Assembly (NCBI GenBank): GCA_963753595.1
Contig: CAVWCX010000023.1
Coordinates: 1 to 64,000, forward strand
Direction: 5' to 3'
DNA from: Candidatus Methanoperedenaceae archaeon
GTDB lineage: Archaea; Halobacteriota; Methanosarcinia; Methanosarcinales; Methanoperedenaceae
DNA length: 64,000 nucleotides
The position numbers and the translations under genes are program-made. Below the pieces are notes generated by a model. The model saw only the letters and a program-made list of their open reading frames with translations, did not search any database and was not told where the DNA came from. Position 1 is the stretch's first letter. Each line of letters opens with the position of its first letter. Positions 50,353-60,828 of this stretch are shown here, piece by piece.

Positions 50353-51563
50353 TCAGATTTAGCTCTCCTTCGCCTCATAATTATAAATACCCCGGAAATA
50401 AGGATAACCACAGCCCCGATAATAATTATTACGGGAAGCAAAGATGGTTTTTCGGTATTTCCTGCAGGAAGTGCGCCTGAACTGTTAAGTTTCACGACCA
50501 GTGGCTCTGATTCATGCCAGTTGTTCCCGTTCTTGAACCTGATCTTAAAGCCGATATTTTCATTATTATTCGCTTTCAAGTCGAACTTGACCGTAAAAAG
50601 TTCATCAGGTTCCATTGTGCCTATGAAATATTCCGAAGGTTCAAATGTCGCATTGCCTTCGGGAATAACAGTTGCAGCATTGACAGAATTAGGCCTGTTA
50701 TTTGCCACGCTCAGGATAACACCGCCCGGATTCAATTTCGGTGTCTCGGAAAGAGTGCTCTGGATAGAGGAAGAATCCACTATTACCGGTATTTTCAGGT
50801 TAAGGCTGTATAGCCGTGCGGCTCCCTTTAAATTGAAATCAAGGAAATATGTGCCGTCTGGCGTATTGTTCCTGACCATTATCGAAAAAGGGAAGTCTAT
50901 TGAATCTCCAGGTCCGATGATCCCGGCATTGTAATATGGTTCACCGGTCACGTCTATGAATTCATTCCCGACAAGCTGCGCCGATTGGATATGGGCGTTC
51001 ATGCTGTAATCCTTATTGTCCATTTTGATGGTATATTGGGTTGCGCTGTTCCTGAGGGTCAGCGTCACAGTTGCGCTATCACCTGACATCAGGATTTCAG
51101 GATACGATGTGGTTTTTTCAAGCTTTACCGTCCCTCTTGCGTCCACGACATCGCTTCCGACCTCGACATCAAATTCCCTTTTTGTGAACCCATTTTCCAG
51201 TATCCTGTATCCGATCTCAAGAGTGTTCGTGCCTATAAAGGCATTCTTATCAACATGCAAGGTATATTTATACACGAAATCATCATTTTTCCGGATAGTC
51301 CCGGGAGTTCTTATGGCGCTTTCGCCTGGTTTTATTGAGAACGGATACTTCGGCAGGAACTCAATAGTGGCTCCACTCACATCATTTTCGCCCACATTCT
51401 TGACCTGAACCCAGATGTTGAAATCCGTATCCGGATTAACAGGATAAGGATCGTATTTTACGAGGTTTAACTTAAGTGAGTTTTCACCGATATTAGCTTG
51501 TGAAACCCCTGCAAAAAATATTATAATGAATATTGCCAGTACTGGCCTAATTTTGTCGAACAT
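50349..51563 (-). CDS. COG1361-like Ig-repeat surface protein
   Basis: Signal peptide; KYDPYPVNP..F.IWVQVKNVG; C-terminal TM followed by RRRR. Confidence 0.75.
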   Translation of the reverse strand: MFDKIRPVLAIFIIIFFAGVSQANIGENSLKLNLVKYDPYPVNPDTDFNIWVQVKNVGENDVSGATIEFLPKYPFSIKPGESAIRTPGTIRKNDDFVYKYTLHVDKNAFIGTNTLEIGYRILENGFTKREFDVEVGSDVVDARGTVKLEKTTSYPEILMSGDSATVTLTLRNSATQYTIKMDNKDYSMNAHIQSAQLVGNEFIDVTGEPYYNAGIIGPGDSIDFPFSIMVRNNTPDGTYFLDFNLKGAARLYSLNLKIPVIVDSSSIQSTLSETPKLNPGGVILSVANNRPNSVNAATVIPEGNATFEPSEYFIGTMEPDELFTVKFDLKANNNENIGFKIRFKNGNNWHESEPLVVKLNSSGALPAGNTEKPSLLPVIIIIGAVVILISGVFIIMRRRRAKSE

Positions 51564-52734
51564 ATTTTATCAACTCCTTAATGGTTGGTTTTTTCCCATA
51601 CATCAACAGGCTTGCCCTGAATATCCTCACAGATATCTCTACGATGAAGTAAGCAGAAACCGCAAGCAAAATGATGCTGATAATGGATTCATATAAAGGC
51701 ACATCTGTTATTGAGGACCTCATTATCATCGCTGTTGGCGAAGTCAGGGGAAAAATACTAAGAAACTTTGAAAATGTTCCATTCGGGTCCATGATTATGA
51801 TTTCGGAAAACATTAGTGGGAATGCTCCGGCTAATGAAAACATGCCCGCGATCTGTTGGCCCTCCCTGGATGTTGTTGCTACAGCCCCAACGCCTGCCAT
51901 AATGTTCGCAAACACTATGTAGCCCAGTACAAAATAAATAATTCCTGTTATCAGTAATGGAATGGAAATGTGGATCTGTGTAACAATAAGATAAAGAGCT
52001 AATGGATTAATTAACATTATCACCGAGGCAACTATTAAATATATCACTATCTGGGTAAGCCCAAGAGCTCCAAGACCAATTATCTTGCCTGTAAGAAGCT
52101 CCCTATGAGAAACCGATGAAAGTATTATTTCCATTATCCTGTTCTCTTTTTCTTCGATAACACTCTGAAGAAGAAAACCCGAAGAAGCGAATATGGAGAG
52201 GGAAAAAAGAGTTGAAAAGACTAAAGGCAATAATAATATCATAAATCCGCCGTCTTCGCTTTTTAAACCTTTTTCATTAAGAGTGAAATATTCGCTGTCT
52301 ATTGGCCTTTTTATTCTCTCAATAATATCGGAGGGCTCATTCTTCAATAGATTGTCAAGGAGGAAGTTTTTGATCTGGTCTTCGATCTTCATATTGTTTG
52401 CGAAGTTCTTCTTTGAAGAATAAATTATGATTTTTCCGGTAGCGGTATAATTTTCCGGAATGACAAAGTAGTTGGTAAGCTTATTATCAATAAGGTCCTT
52501 CCTTGCAAGTTCTTCATCATTGTATTTTGTCAGGTTTGAAGAATCAAAAAGGCCCGTCCTGTCAACATAACCTATCTTATTTTCCTCATTGTTCCCTCCT
52601 GTTCCCATTATAAAAAATGAAATACCCATAATTGCAATGAGAACAAGCGGAAGCCCGAATGTAACGAACAGGAATTCTTTTCGCTTAATATTTGTTAAAT
52701 ATTCATGCCTGGCTATGATGCGCCACTTGCTCAT
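51547..52734 (-). CDS. ABC-2/NatB-type permease
   Basis: EEKENRIMEIILSS...LLTGKIIG. Confidence 0.88.
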   Translation of the reverse strand: MSKWRIIARHEYLTNIKRKEFLFVTFGLPLVLIAIMGISFFIMGTGGNNEENKIGYVDRTGLFDSSNLTKYNDEELARKDLIDNKLTNYFVIPENYTATGKIIIYSSKKNFANNMKIEDQIKNFLLDNLLKNEPSDIIERIKRPIDSEYFTLNEKGLKSEDGGFMILLLPLVFSTLFSLSIFASSGFLLQSVIEEKENRIMEIILSSVSHRELLTGKIIGLGALGLTQIVIYLIVASVIMLINPLALYLIVTQIHISIPLLITGIIYFVLGYIVFANIMAGVGAVATTSREGQQIAGMFSLAGAFPLMFSEIIIMDPNGTFSKFLSIFPLTSPTAMIMRSSITDVPLYESIISIILLAVSAYFIVEISVRIFRASLLMYGKKPTIKELIKYVRQN

Positions 52735-53618
52735 GTTCCCTCCACCACCTGTATGAATATTTCATTAAGGGACGGCTTAGACAGCTCGAATTTATTGACC
52801 CTGACCATTTCGGCCAGTTTTTTCAGGATGTCAGTCGGATCTGCTCCCGGCTCAAGTATCAATTCAGCATAATTGCCAGAGTTGTTTATTTTTTTGACCC
52901 CTGTGATGTTTTTCAGTTCCCCTTCAAACTCAAGTAAAACAGTGTTTTTACCGTACCGGGATTTGATCTCATCGATTTTCCCATATAAGACCCCTTCTCC
53001 TTTGTGTATCATGAATATCCTGTTGCACATCCGTTCTACCTGGTCCATCATGTGTGTGCTGATAAGAATTGTTTTTCCCTCTTTTCCAAGGTCCATTATG
53101 AGGTCTTTCACAAGCTTCATATTTACCGGGTCAAGACCGCTGAATGGCTCATCCAGGATTATGAACTCAGGATCATGGATGATAGCCGCTATTAATTGTA
53201 TCTTCTGCTGCATCCCCTTGCTGAGCTCTGAAATTTTTTTATCCTTATGCTGCAGCATCCCCATCTTTTCAAGAAGAAATGCGGCTCTCTCTCTTGAATC
53301 TATTTCTTTCAGGGCGCCAAGATACATCAGGGTCTCAAATACCGTGAGTTTTTTATAAAGCCCACGTTCTTCAGGCAAATAACCGATCCTGTTTTTAATT
53401 TCATCTGAAAGTGCTTTATTTAAGATCATGATCTCCCCGGAATCAGGTCTTATGATATCAAGGAGCATACGGATTATTGTTGTTTTCCCGGCCCCGTTCG
53501 GGCCTATAAGGCCAAAAACCTCACCTTTTAATATATCAAATGATATGTCTCTCACCACGTCCTGGCCATTGTAAGATTTTACCAGGTTCGAAACCTTAAC
53601 CGCATTTTCCATTTTCAT
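52731..53618 (-). CDS. ABC transporter ATP-binding protein (NatA-like)
   Basis: GPNGAGKTT, LSKGMQQK and ILDEPFSGLDP motifs. Confidence 0.92.
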   Translation of the reverse strand: MKMENAVKVSNLVKSYNGQDVVRDISFDILKGEVFGLIGPNGAGKTTIIRMLLDIIRPDSGEIMILNKALSDEIKNRIGYLPEERGLYKKLTVFETLMYLGALKEIDSRERAAFLLEKMGMLQHKDKKISELSKGMQQKIQLIAAIIHDPEFIILDEPFSGLDPVNMKLVKDLIMDLGKEGKTILISTHMMDQVERMCNRIFMIHKGEGVLYGKIDEIKSRYGKNTVLLEFEGELKNITGVKKINNSGNYAELILEPGADPTDILKKLAEMVRVNKFELSKPSLNEIFIQVVEGT

Positions 53619-54292
53619 TCTCCGTTCTCGATCTTTCCATCCTTTAACCTGATAATCCTGTCGCAATTATCTGCAAGTTCGCTATCGTGGGTGACCATTA
53701 GAATGGTTCTTCCTTCGCTGTGGAGTTTATCAAATATCTGCATTATTTCCGGTCCTGTTTTTGAATCAAGATTCCCTGTTGGCTCATCAGCAAGAATGAT
53801 CTCAGGTTCATTAGCTAAAGCCCTTGCTATCGCAACTCTCTGGCGCTGGCCGCCTGAAAGTTCTGCAGGTTTATGGCGCGCTCTTTCACTAAGTCCCAGC
53901 AATTCAAGAAGCTCTTTTGCTCTTTTTTCCCTCATCTTTCCTGGAACATCCTGGTAGACCATAGGCAGTTCCACATTTTTTTGTGCAGTAAGACGAGGGA
54001 TAAGATTGAAAGTCTGGAAAACAAAACCTATCTTTTTTCCGCGTATCCGGGCAAGTTCGATTTCGGACAGTTTTGAAATGTCCATATCTGCAATTACAAT
54101 TTTTCCGGATGTAGGCCTGTCAAGGCATCCGATGATATTCATCAGTGTACTTTTTCCGCTTCCGGATGGCCCCATTATTGCAGCGAACTCGCCTTTATTG
54201 ATCGTAAGATTGATATCGTTCAATACCGGCACTTCGATTTTCCCAAGCAGGTATGATTTTGAAACATTTTCAATATCCAATACTGTCTTCAT
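53615..54292 (-). CDS. ABC transporter ATP-binding protein (LolD/MacB-type)
   Basis: GPSGSGKST, LSGGQRQR and LADEPTGNLD motifs. Confidence 0.93.
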   Translation of the reverse strand: MKTVLDIENVSKSYLLGKIEVPVLNDINLTINKGEFAAIMGPSGSGKSTLMNIIGCLDRPTSGKIVIADMDISKLSEIELARIRGKKIGFVFQTFNLIPRLTAQKNVELPMVYQDVPGKMREKRAKELLELLGLSERARHKPAELSGGQRQRVAIARALANEPEIILADEPTGNLDSKTGPEIMQIFDKLHSEGRTILMVTHDSELADNCDRIIRLKDGKIENGE

Positions 54293-54954
54293 ATGAGGCC
54301 GATTCCCCGAAAAGTCAATAGTAAGGATATCAAGCTAAAAGTCAATGGAATCGATGCTATGACTGCGCAAGTTTTGGACGAAAGCTTATGGGCGTTCCTT
54401 ATGCAGAAAAACAAAATAATTGTTGACCATGCCTGGAGCAATATACCGGCGATTTCTGATATTATGAAAGGTGGACTGCTGTAAATATCCTTCATTGCCG
54501 TTGGATTGGTTGGTGAAATAATTATTGTCTGAGGTTCTACTACTGAAAAAAGCCCGATGCTTATAATACCTGCAAGGATCAAGGGAAGCATACTGTATCC
54601 GGCGACTGTCATCATCTGTGGATAGAACTTACCCTCTCCCCCGGCAGCCATGGACAACAAATGTATCACTCCTGTGACTATAAACCAGATAAGAAAAGGT
54701 CCGATCAATGCAAAAATGATAGTGGATATGGCCATTAATGATTGCATCGAAGATGGTAAAATATCGAGCCCTTCGATAATAAATGTGATTTTATATGATT
54801 GTATGTATGCAGCGATACCCACAAGTACAGCATATATCCCGACTATTAAAAAAGCTTCCTCGATCATGGGCTGCCGGGCTATTTTTTTTGTTTCATTATT
54901 CGGGTCTGTTATAGTTCCCATTATTTTTTCTATAAAGCTCATTATCCATCCCAA
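54289..54954 (-). CDS. Yip1 family membrane protein
   Basis: Multi-TM; HLL...GGEGKF...VAGYSMLP pattern; located in the ABC operon. Confidence 0.75.
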   Translation of the reverse strand: MGWIMSFIEKIMGTITDPNNETKKIARQPMIEEAFLIVGIYAVLVGIAAYIQSYKITFIIEGLDILPSSMQSLMAISTIIFALIGPFLIWFIVTGVIHLLSMAAGGEGKFYPQMMTVAGYSMLPLILAGIISIGLFSVVEPQTIIISPTNPTAMKDIYSSPPFIISEIAGILLQAWSTIILFFCIRNAHKLSSKTCAVIASIPLTFSLISLLLTFRGIGLI

Positions 54955-54999
54955 TCTATTTTTTTAATCAATATTATTTCACCAGATGTTAATAATTTA

Positions 55000-55584
55000 T
55001 TACTGTTTAATATTTGTATTCGTGTTTTCTTTCCATACCTGGACAACTTTTCTTTCATCAGGGTCAACAAGTGCTGAAATACCTTTCCATGAAACGCTAA
55101 GCAGGGTTTTTGGCGCATAGAATTTTTCAGATGTCCCGGGTAAAATTCTTTTCACAGAAGGGACACCAAGATCGCGAACCGATGTGGCCACATCCCTTTC
55201 ATTAAGTGCGATACCGATAGCATCGTTCCTGTACATCGCAGGTATGGCTTCAAGGAGATAGCCTGTCATCAACAATTCATTATTTTCATATACAAAATCG
55301 TATAGATCAGGAATATCTGAATCAAGAGTAGTTGCTGTTACCTTGATATGGACATTCGTATCACTTTTTGTACTGATATTTACCATTTCATACTCTGTTT
55401 TATATGGGGCTATTTCCAAAAAAAGCATTTCTTCGATTCTTGCAGCGTTATCCGGTCGGTCATCCAGCCATTGGACATTATGTATCCATTCTGGTCTTGT
55501 ATTCGAGTTCCCCTGGTCAAGAGCAAGCCCGATACCAAGCCCGAGAGCTAGTAAAAGAATGGTGATTATTAATTTTTTATCCAT
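55000..55584 (-). CDS. Secreted hypothetical protein
   Basis: Signal peptide MDKKLIITILLLALGLGIGLA. Confidence 0.65.
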   Translation of the reverse strand: MDKKLIITILLLALGLGIGLALDQGNSNTRPEWIHNVQWLDDRPDNAARIEEMLFLEIAPYKTEYEMVNISTKSDTNVHIKVTATTLDSDIPDLYDFVYENNELLMTGYLLEAIPAMYRNDAIGIALNERDVATSVRDLGVPSVKRILPGTSEKFYAPKTLLSVSWKGISALVDPDERKVVQVWKENTNTNIKQ

Positions 55585-55673
55585 TTTCTATCCTCTTATG
55601 AATATTTTCCTATCTGTAATGGAATATATTCGTTGTCTTTTCACATACATCCAGAAAAATAAATAGGGGAGGA

Positions 55674-56921
55674 TTACTCACCTATTTTTATAGAGTATTC
55701 AAAACTCTCTGTATTCTTTGGAAGCACTTTCAGTTCCCATTCACCTGTTAATCCGTTCGTTTCATAGGTTTCAAAAAGCTGCGCTCCATTTTCCTGGTAT
55801 ATGCCCTTACCGTCAACTTCCCATGGGGCCATTTGACCACCCATATTCACCATCCCTTTTATCACCGTCTTTGTGACCTTTAGGTCAGCCGGTCCATTAG
55901 GCCCAATAAGGGTTGTTTCGAAAGACGGCTCTTTCTTATTTTTTCCTGATGCCATCCCATATGGGTACCCATAATATTTAGGACCTGAGCTTATCTCAAT
56001 AGTCAGGGGTTTGGCCTCTTTCATGCTAAAAATTTTCACAAACGCTTCAGATGGTTGTGACCAGACATTGAAGCTCATCTGGACAATTTGTTCCCATTCC
56101 TGTACAGATGGTGCATCAATATTCAGCTTTATACCTCCGTTATACATACCTTTTGCAGTTGCGGGTACCTTAACATGGATCTTTACTATTTCGGTCCCGC
56201 CAGCAGGAACATTCGGTGGGGACGTTATGGTTATTGCTTCATCAGTGAAAGCCGGTTCCATCTGCCCAGGCCCGCCATAAAAATAATTATCATTACTTAT
56301 TTTCGGGTCGATTTTTATTGCTTCCTTGCCGGTATTCTTGAGTTTTATCTCATAGTCATATTCCTTTCCAGCTTCCAGCATATCGTTTAGATATGGTGTC
56401 ATTATCTGTATCACTGGCTTGGTCCAGATGTCAATTGACACCTGCAACGCATGGATATAATTAGGGACCGGACTCGGATATGGCGTTGGCATTGTTTCAT
56501 CTGTGAATGCTATCTGGACACCGGAATTACCTATTGAAGCATCTTCTGGCACAACAACTTTAATTGTGAATTTCTCGCTGCCTCCCGCTGGTATTTCCGC
56601 ACTAACAGGTGTAACTGTTATCCATTCGGTATCCACATTATATCCGCCGTAGGGCGCTAATACTGTTATCGGTTTAACGCTAACGGCTTTTTTCTCCTTG
56701 TTCCTGAGCGTTACAGTCAGCTCTTTGTTTTCTCCCGGCATTAACCTGAAATTGGTATATTGGGGAGAAATTTCGATCTTTGTGAAATTAAATGCCTGAT
56801 CTGGCGCTATCATATTGCCAGTGGGCATCTTTTCTTCCATAACAACCTGTTCGCTTGATGCGGTGCCTGCAAACATTGCAAGTACGAGCATAAAAGACAG
56901 GATACCTGTAAATTTATTCAT
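55674..56921 (-). CDS. Secreted Ig-repeat protein (COG1470-like)
   Basis: Signal peptide; two repeats L..G....T.TL.N...IPAGG...F.I.V.VP..A. Confidence 0.65.
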   Translation of the reverse strand: MNKFTGILSFMLVLAMFAGTASSEQVVMEEKMPTGNMIAPDQAFNFTKIEISPQYTNFRLMPGENKELTVTLRNKEKKAVSVKPITVLAPYGGYNVDTEWITVTPVSAEIPAGGSEKFTIKVVVPEDASIGNSGVQIAFTDETMPTPYPSPVPNYIHALQVSIDIWTKPVIQIMTPYLNDMLEAGKEYDYEIKLKNTGKEAIKIDPKISNDNYFYGGPGQMEPAFTDEAITITSPPNVPAGGTEIVKIHVKVPATAKGMYNGGIKLNIDAPSVQEWEQIVQMSFNVWSQPSEAFVKIFSMKEAKPLTIEISSGPKYYGYPYGMASGKNKKEPSFETTLIGPNGPADLKVTKTVIKGMVNMGGQMAPWEVDGKGIYQENGAQLFETYETNGLTGEWELKVLPKNTESFEYSIKIGE

Positions 56922-57098
56922 TTAATTTAACCTCCTTACTCTAAATTATTTCAAGTTCGTCTAAAAAAAGACGAGTTCATTCTTTAATAAGAATACTTGA
57001 TATTAAAACTTGCGGATGATTTGCAGAAAAAAGATGAAAAAATATAAGAAAAGATGAAAAATGATGAAAAATATAGATTTTTTATTTTTGAATGTTTA

Positions 57099-58421
57099 TT
57101 ATGCTGTTTTTTCACCCAGATTGAACTTAGAGACTTCCACCTGTAATTCATCAGATAATCTTGCAAGTTCCTGGGCTGCAATCACAAGCTGTTCCATTGA
57201 AGCTGCCTGTTCTTGCGCCGCAGCTGATGTTTCCTGGGTGCCTGCTGCTGATTCCTGGCTTATTGCCGACACTTCCTCCACAGTTGCAGTCACTTCTTCA
57301 ACAGAAGCGGATTGTTCTTCGGTTGCTGCCGCTATTTCATGGATCATTGATGATACATCTGCTGCTGCCTTGACTATATTGTTTATGGCTGATACTGTGC
57401 CTTCCATTGTCTTTGTTCCATCCTCGACGGTCTTTGTTCCTTTTTCCATTGCCATTACCGCCTGCTTCGTACCCATTTGTATCTCTTTTATCAATCCGGT
57501 GATCTGATTCGCAGCATTTCTTGATTCTTCAGCAAGTTTCCTTACCTCATCAGCTACTACCGCAAAACCCCTGCCATGTTCTCCTGCTCTTGCTGCTTCT
57601 ATGGCTGCGTTTAAGGCCAGGAGGTTTGTCTGGTCAGCGATATTTGTTATCACGCCGATAATTTCGCCAATCTGCTGCGATTTCCCATCAAGCTGTTTTA
57701 TTACTGTTGCTGAATTATCCACAGTCGATTGGATTTCCGTCATACTGTTCGCCACATCCCCCGACATCTTTCCAGCCTGCTGGGCGGTCGTGCTGGCTGA
57801 ACTTGCACTCTCCGCCGCTTTCTGGGAGTTCAATGCGACCTGCTGGACGCTTTCAGACATTTCCTTCATGGCGCGGCTGACCTCAACCATTTTAGATGAC
57901 TGCGAGCTCACACCTGTTGCCATTTCCTGCGTTGTGGTTGATATCTGGTCTGCGGATGCTTTCATTTCCTTGCTTGATACTGAAAGTTCCTGGGCAGTAT
58001 TGGCTACTTTTGACGATACGTTCTTGACTTTACCCGTCAAATGCCTGAGGTTTGAAGTCATTTTCCTGAAATATTCAGCCAGTTGTCCGAGTTCATCCTT
58101 TGAGGAGATAACTACTTCAGTTGTTAGATCTCCCTGTGATATCCTGTCAGCTGTATGGCTAAAAGCTTTCAATGGTTTCATAATTGAACGGGTCAATCCG
58201 ATACACATGAGTATGGATGAAAATATTGCGAATAAAATACATAGGACGATAGCCTGTTTTGGGTCAATAAAAGCGCTTACGCTTTCACCATATAAACCCA
58301 TAAAACCCACGATCAACATCAGTGCGTCAACCACAATGAAACCATAAGCGATCTTCATGCCGATTTTGAACCTGTTGAGGGTCTGGTCATTGGCTATATC
58401 CATTATTTTCATTAAATCCAT
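57099..58421 (-). CDS. Methyl-accepting chemotaxis protein (2 TM, HAMP, no external sensor domain)
   Basis: [35 protein letters not shown]. Confidence 0.95.
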   Translation of the reverse strand: MDLMKIMDIANDQTLNRFKIGMKIAYGFIVVDALMLIVGFMGLYGESVSAFIDPKQAIVLCILFAIFSSILMCIGLTRSIMKPLKAFSHTADRISQGDLTTEVVISSKDELGQLAEYFRKMTSNLRHLTGKVKNVSSKVANTAQELSVSSKEMKASADQISTTTQEMATGVSSQSSKMVEVSRAMKEMSESVQQVALNSQKAAESASSASTTAQQAGKMSGDVANSMTEIQSTVDNSATVIKQLDGKSQQIGEIIGVITNIADQTNLLALNAAIEAARAGEHGRGFAVVADEVRKLAEESRNAANQITGLIKEIQMGTKQAVMAMEKGTKTVEDGTKTMEGTVSAINNIVKAAADVSSMIHEIAAATEEQSASVEEVTATVEEVSAISQESAAGTQETSAAAQEQAASMEQLVIAAQELARLSDELQVEVSKFNLGEKTA

Positions 58422-58554
58422 AATAAACCTCTAAGAATTGTATTCAGATTGGGATAGATTATTCTCTAGAAGTAAAAATTGGATTTTCCTACTTATAAAA
58501 GAATTTGTGAAAAATATGTGTAACAAAAAGTAAAAAATTGAAATAGCAGCTTCC

Positions 58555-59074
58555 TTATGTGGTCGCTGCCGCAGCTTCTGCTGCAATGTTGTTTACGTTG
58601 TGAAGTTCGTTGGCGCTCAGTATCTTATCAAGATCAAGCAGGATAAGGAGCCTGTCTTCCATCTTCCCAACACCGCGCACATATTCCGTGCCGATCTTAT
58701 TTGCAATGACAGCCGGGGCCGGTTCAACACTGCTTTGGGGTATGCGGATTACCTCACTGACGGAATCAACAATGAACCCCATCACGGTCTGGCCGATATC
58801 CGCTACTGATGATGCGGTTATTCTCATTCTGTTCTTTGCTTTCCATACCCATTATCATATTCAGGTTGAGCACCACGATTATCCTTCCGCGAAGATTGAT
58901 TATTCCCTTCACGAAGCCGGATGACTGCGGTATCTTTGTGATATTGGTCATACGGATGATCTCCTGCACGTTCGTGATCTCGACACCAAACTCTTCAGTG
59001 CCGATATTGAAAACGACGAGCTGAAGCTCGTCGCCGATTTTTGCTTTTGCGTCCTGGGGTTGTTTATCTGCCAT
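58555..59074 (-). pseudogene. cheW: CheW split by a +1 frameshift near 58808
   Basis: Near-identical to intact cheW 63001-63519; reads ATC ATC AGT AGC where ATC ATC GTA GCG is expected. Confidence 0.85.
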
Positions 59075-59083
59075 AATTTCCTC

Positions 59084-60616
59084 CTATTTTGTCAGGTCTT
59101 CAAGGCTTGAACCTGCTGGATTGCTCACGATATCAGCTTTCTCATCCTTCCTTGATATAATGCCTGAAGTACTGTGTTCCTTCGTTTTCTTCTGACTGCT
59201 TTCAGGTTTGTGTATTGCAGTCTTTTGTTCAACAATTTTGCTTTCGGGAACTGGTTTGTGCTTGACATTTGCTGGTTTATACCCATTTTCTTGTGATGTT
59301 ACAGATTCACCGATATTGAACTTGGCGATCTCATCCTGCAATTCATTTGATAATTTTGCCAGGTCCTGTGCTGCATTGACAAGCTGATCCATTATTGCTG
59401 TCTGCTCTTCTGCGGCCGCTGAGGTTTCCTGTGTACCTGCCGCTGATTCATCACTTATTGAAGAAACATCCTCTACAGAAGCTGTTACCTCTTCAACTGA
59501 GGCGGATTGTTGTTCTGTGGCTGCTGCAATTTCATTGATCATTGAGGCTACGTCTGCTGCTGCCTTGACTATCTGGTTGATAGCTGATACTGTGCCTTCC
59601 ATGATCTTTGTCCCGTCACAAACGGTCTTTGTACCATTTTCCATGGCCACAACCGCCTGCTTTGTACCCATTTGTATCTCTTTTATCAAGCCGGTTATCT
59701 GGTTTGCGGCACTTCTTGATTCCTCTGCGAGTTTTCTGACTTCATCAGCAACTACGGCAAAACCTCTTCCATGCTCTCCTGCACGTGCCGCTTCTATGGC
59801 TGCGTTCAGGGCGAGAAGGTTTGTCTGGTCAGCGATATTTGTTATCACGCCTATGATCTCGCCTATTTGCTGTGATTTGCCGTCCAGCTGTTTTATTACC
59901 GTTGCTGAATTATCTACAGTTGATTGGATCTCACTCATCTTATGCGCCACATCGTCAGACATTTTACCAACCTGCGAAGCAGTAGTGCTGGCCGCTCCTG
60001 CGCCTTCGGCTGCTTTCTGTGAGCTCGTTGCGACTTGCTGGACGCTCTGTGATATTTCCTTCATGGCACGGCTGATTTCAGTCATCTTTGAAGCCTGCTG
60101 GCCTACTCCTGTGGCAATTTCATTCGTGGTTCCTGTTATCTGATCAACTGAAGCTTTCATTTCTTCACTTGATCCTGAAAGTTCCATAGCAGCATTTGCT
60201 ACTTTTAATGAGACGTTCTGGACTTTGCCGGTTAAGGTTCGCAGGTTCAAAGTCATTCTCTTGAAATATTCGGCAAGCTGGCCAAGTTCGTCCTTTGAGG
60301 TTACAGCCACTTCCACTGTTAAATCCCCCTCAGCGATCCTGTCAGCGGCCTTTATAAATTCATTCAACGGTTTCATTATAGAACGGGTCAGCCCCAAACA
60401 CATGAGTATTGATGAAACTATAGCGAAAATGATTCCAAGTATGATCGCCTGTTTCGGATCAATAAAAACACTTACTTTCTCCTCATATAAACCAACAAAT
60501 CCTATAATTAATATCAGTGAATCAACTACAACAAAGCTGAAAATGATCTTAATACTGATATTGAATTTATCAATCGTCAGTTCATTTGCCTTGTCGATTA
60601 TTTTTATTATTTCCAT
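59084..60616 (-). CDS. Methyl-accepting chemotaxis protein with a low-complexity C-terminal tail
   Basis: MCP signalling motif; paralog of 57099-58421; ends [11 protein letters not shown]. Confidence 0.95.
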   Translation of the reverse strand: MEIIKIIDKANELTIDKFNISIKIIFSFVVVDSLILIIGFVGLYEEKVSVFIDPKQAIILGIIFAIVSSILMCLGLTRSIMKPLNEFIKAADRIAEGDLTVEVAVTSKDELGQLAEYFKRMTLNLRTLTGKVQNVSLKVANAAMELSGSSEEMKASVDQITGTTNEIATGVGQQASKMTEISRAMKEISQSVQQVATSSQKAAEGAGAASTTASQVGKMSDDVAHKMSEIQSTVDNSATVIKQLDGKSQQIGEIIGVITNIADQTNLLALNAAIEAARAGEHGRGFAVVADEVRKLAEESRSAANQITGLIKEIQMGTKQAVVAMENGTKTVCDGTKIMEGTVSAINQIVKAAADVASMINEIAAATEQQSASVEEVTASVEDVSSISDESAAGTQETSAAAEEQTAIMDQLVNAAQDLAKLSNELQDEIAKFNIGESVTSQENGYKPANVKHKPVPESKIVEQKTAIHKPESSQKKTKEHSTSGIISRKDEKADIVSNPAGSSLEDLTK

Positions 60617-60747
60617 ATTTTTTCTCCATTCCTTTATTAAATATCGTTAAAGTACAATACGAGGTTCAAATATATAATACTGTGCAAAAGTGAAACTGTT
60701 GCTCATGTAATTATGTTGGTGTGAAAAAAATAACAACAAAATGAAAA

Positions 60748-60810
60748 AAACAGCTTCCTTATAAGGTCGCTGCTTCTGCTGCTATTTTTTTTCAGTTATG
60801 GATATTGTTC
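60748..60810 (-). pseudogene. Relic of a cheW 3' end
   Basis: CAGCTTCCTTATAAGGTCGCTGCTTCTGCTGC resembles CAGCTTCCTTATGTGGTCGCTGCCGCAGCTTCTGCTGC at the end of cheW 58555. Confidence 0.6.
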
Positions 60811-60828
60811 AATAACTTTTTTTTGCCA

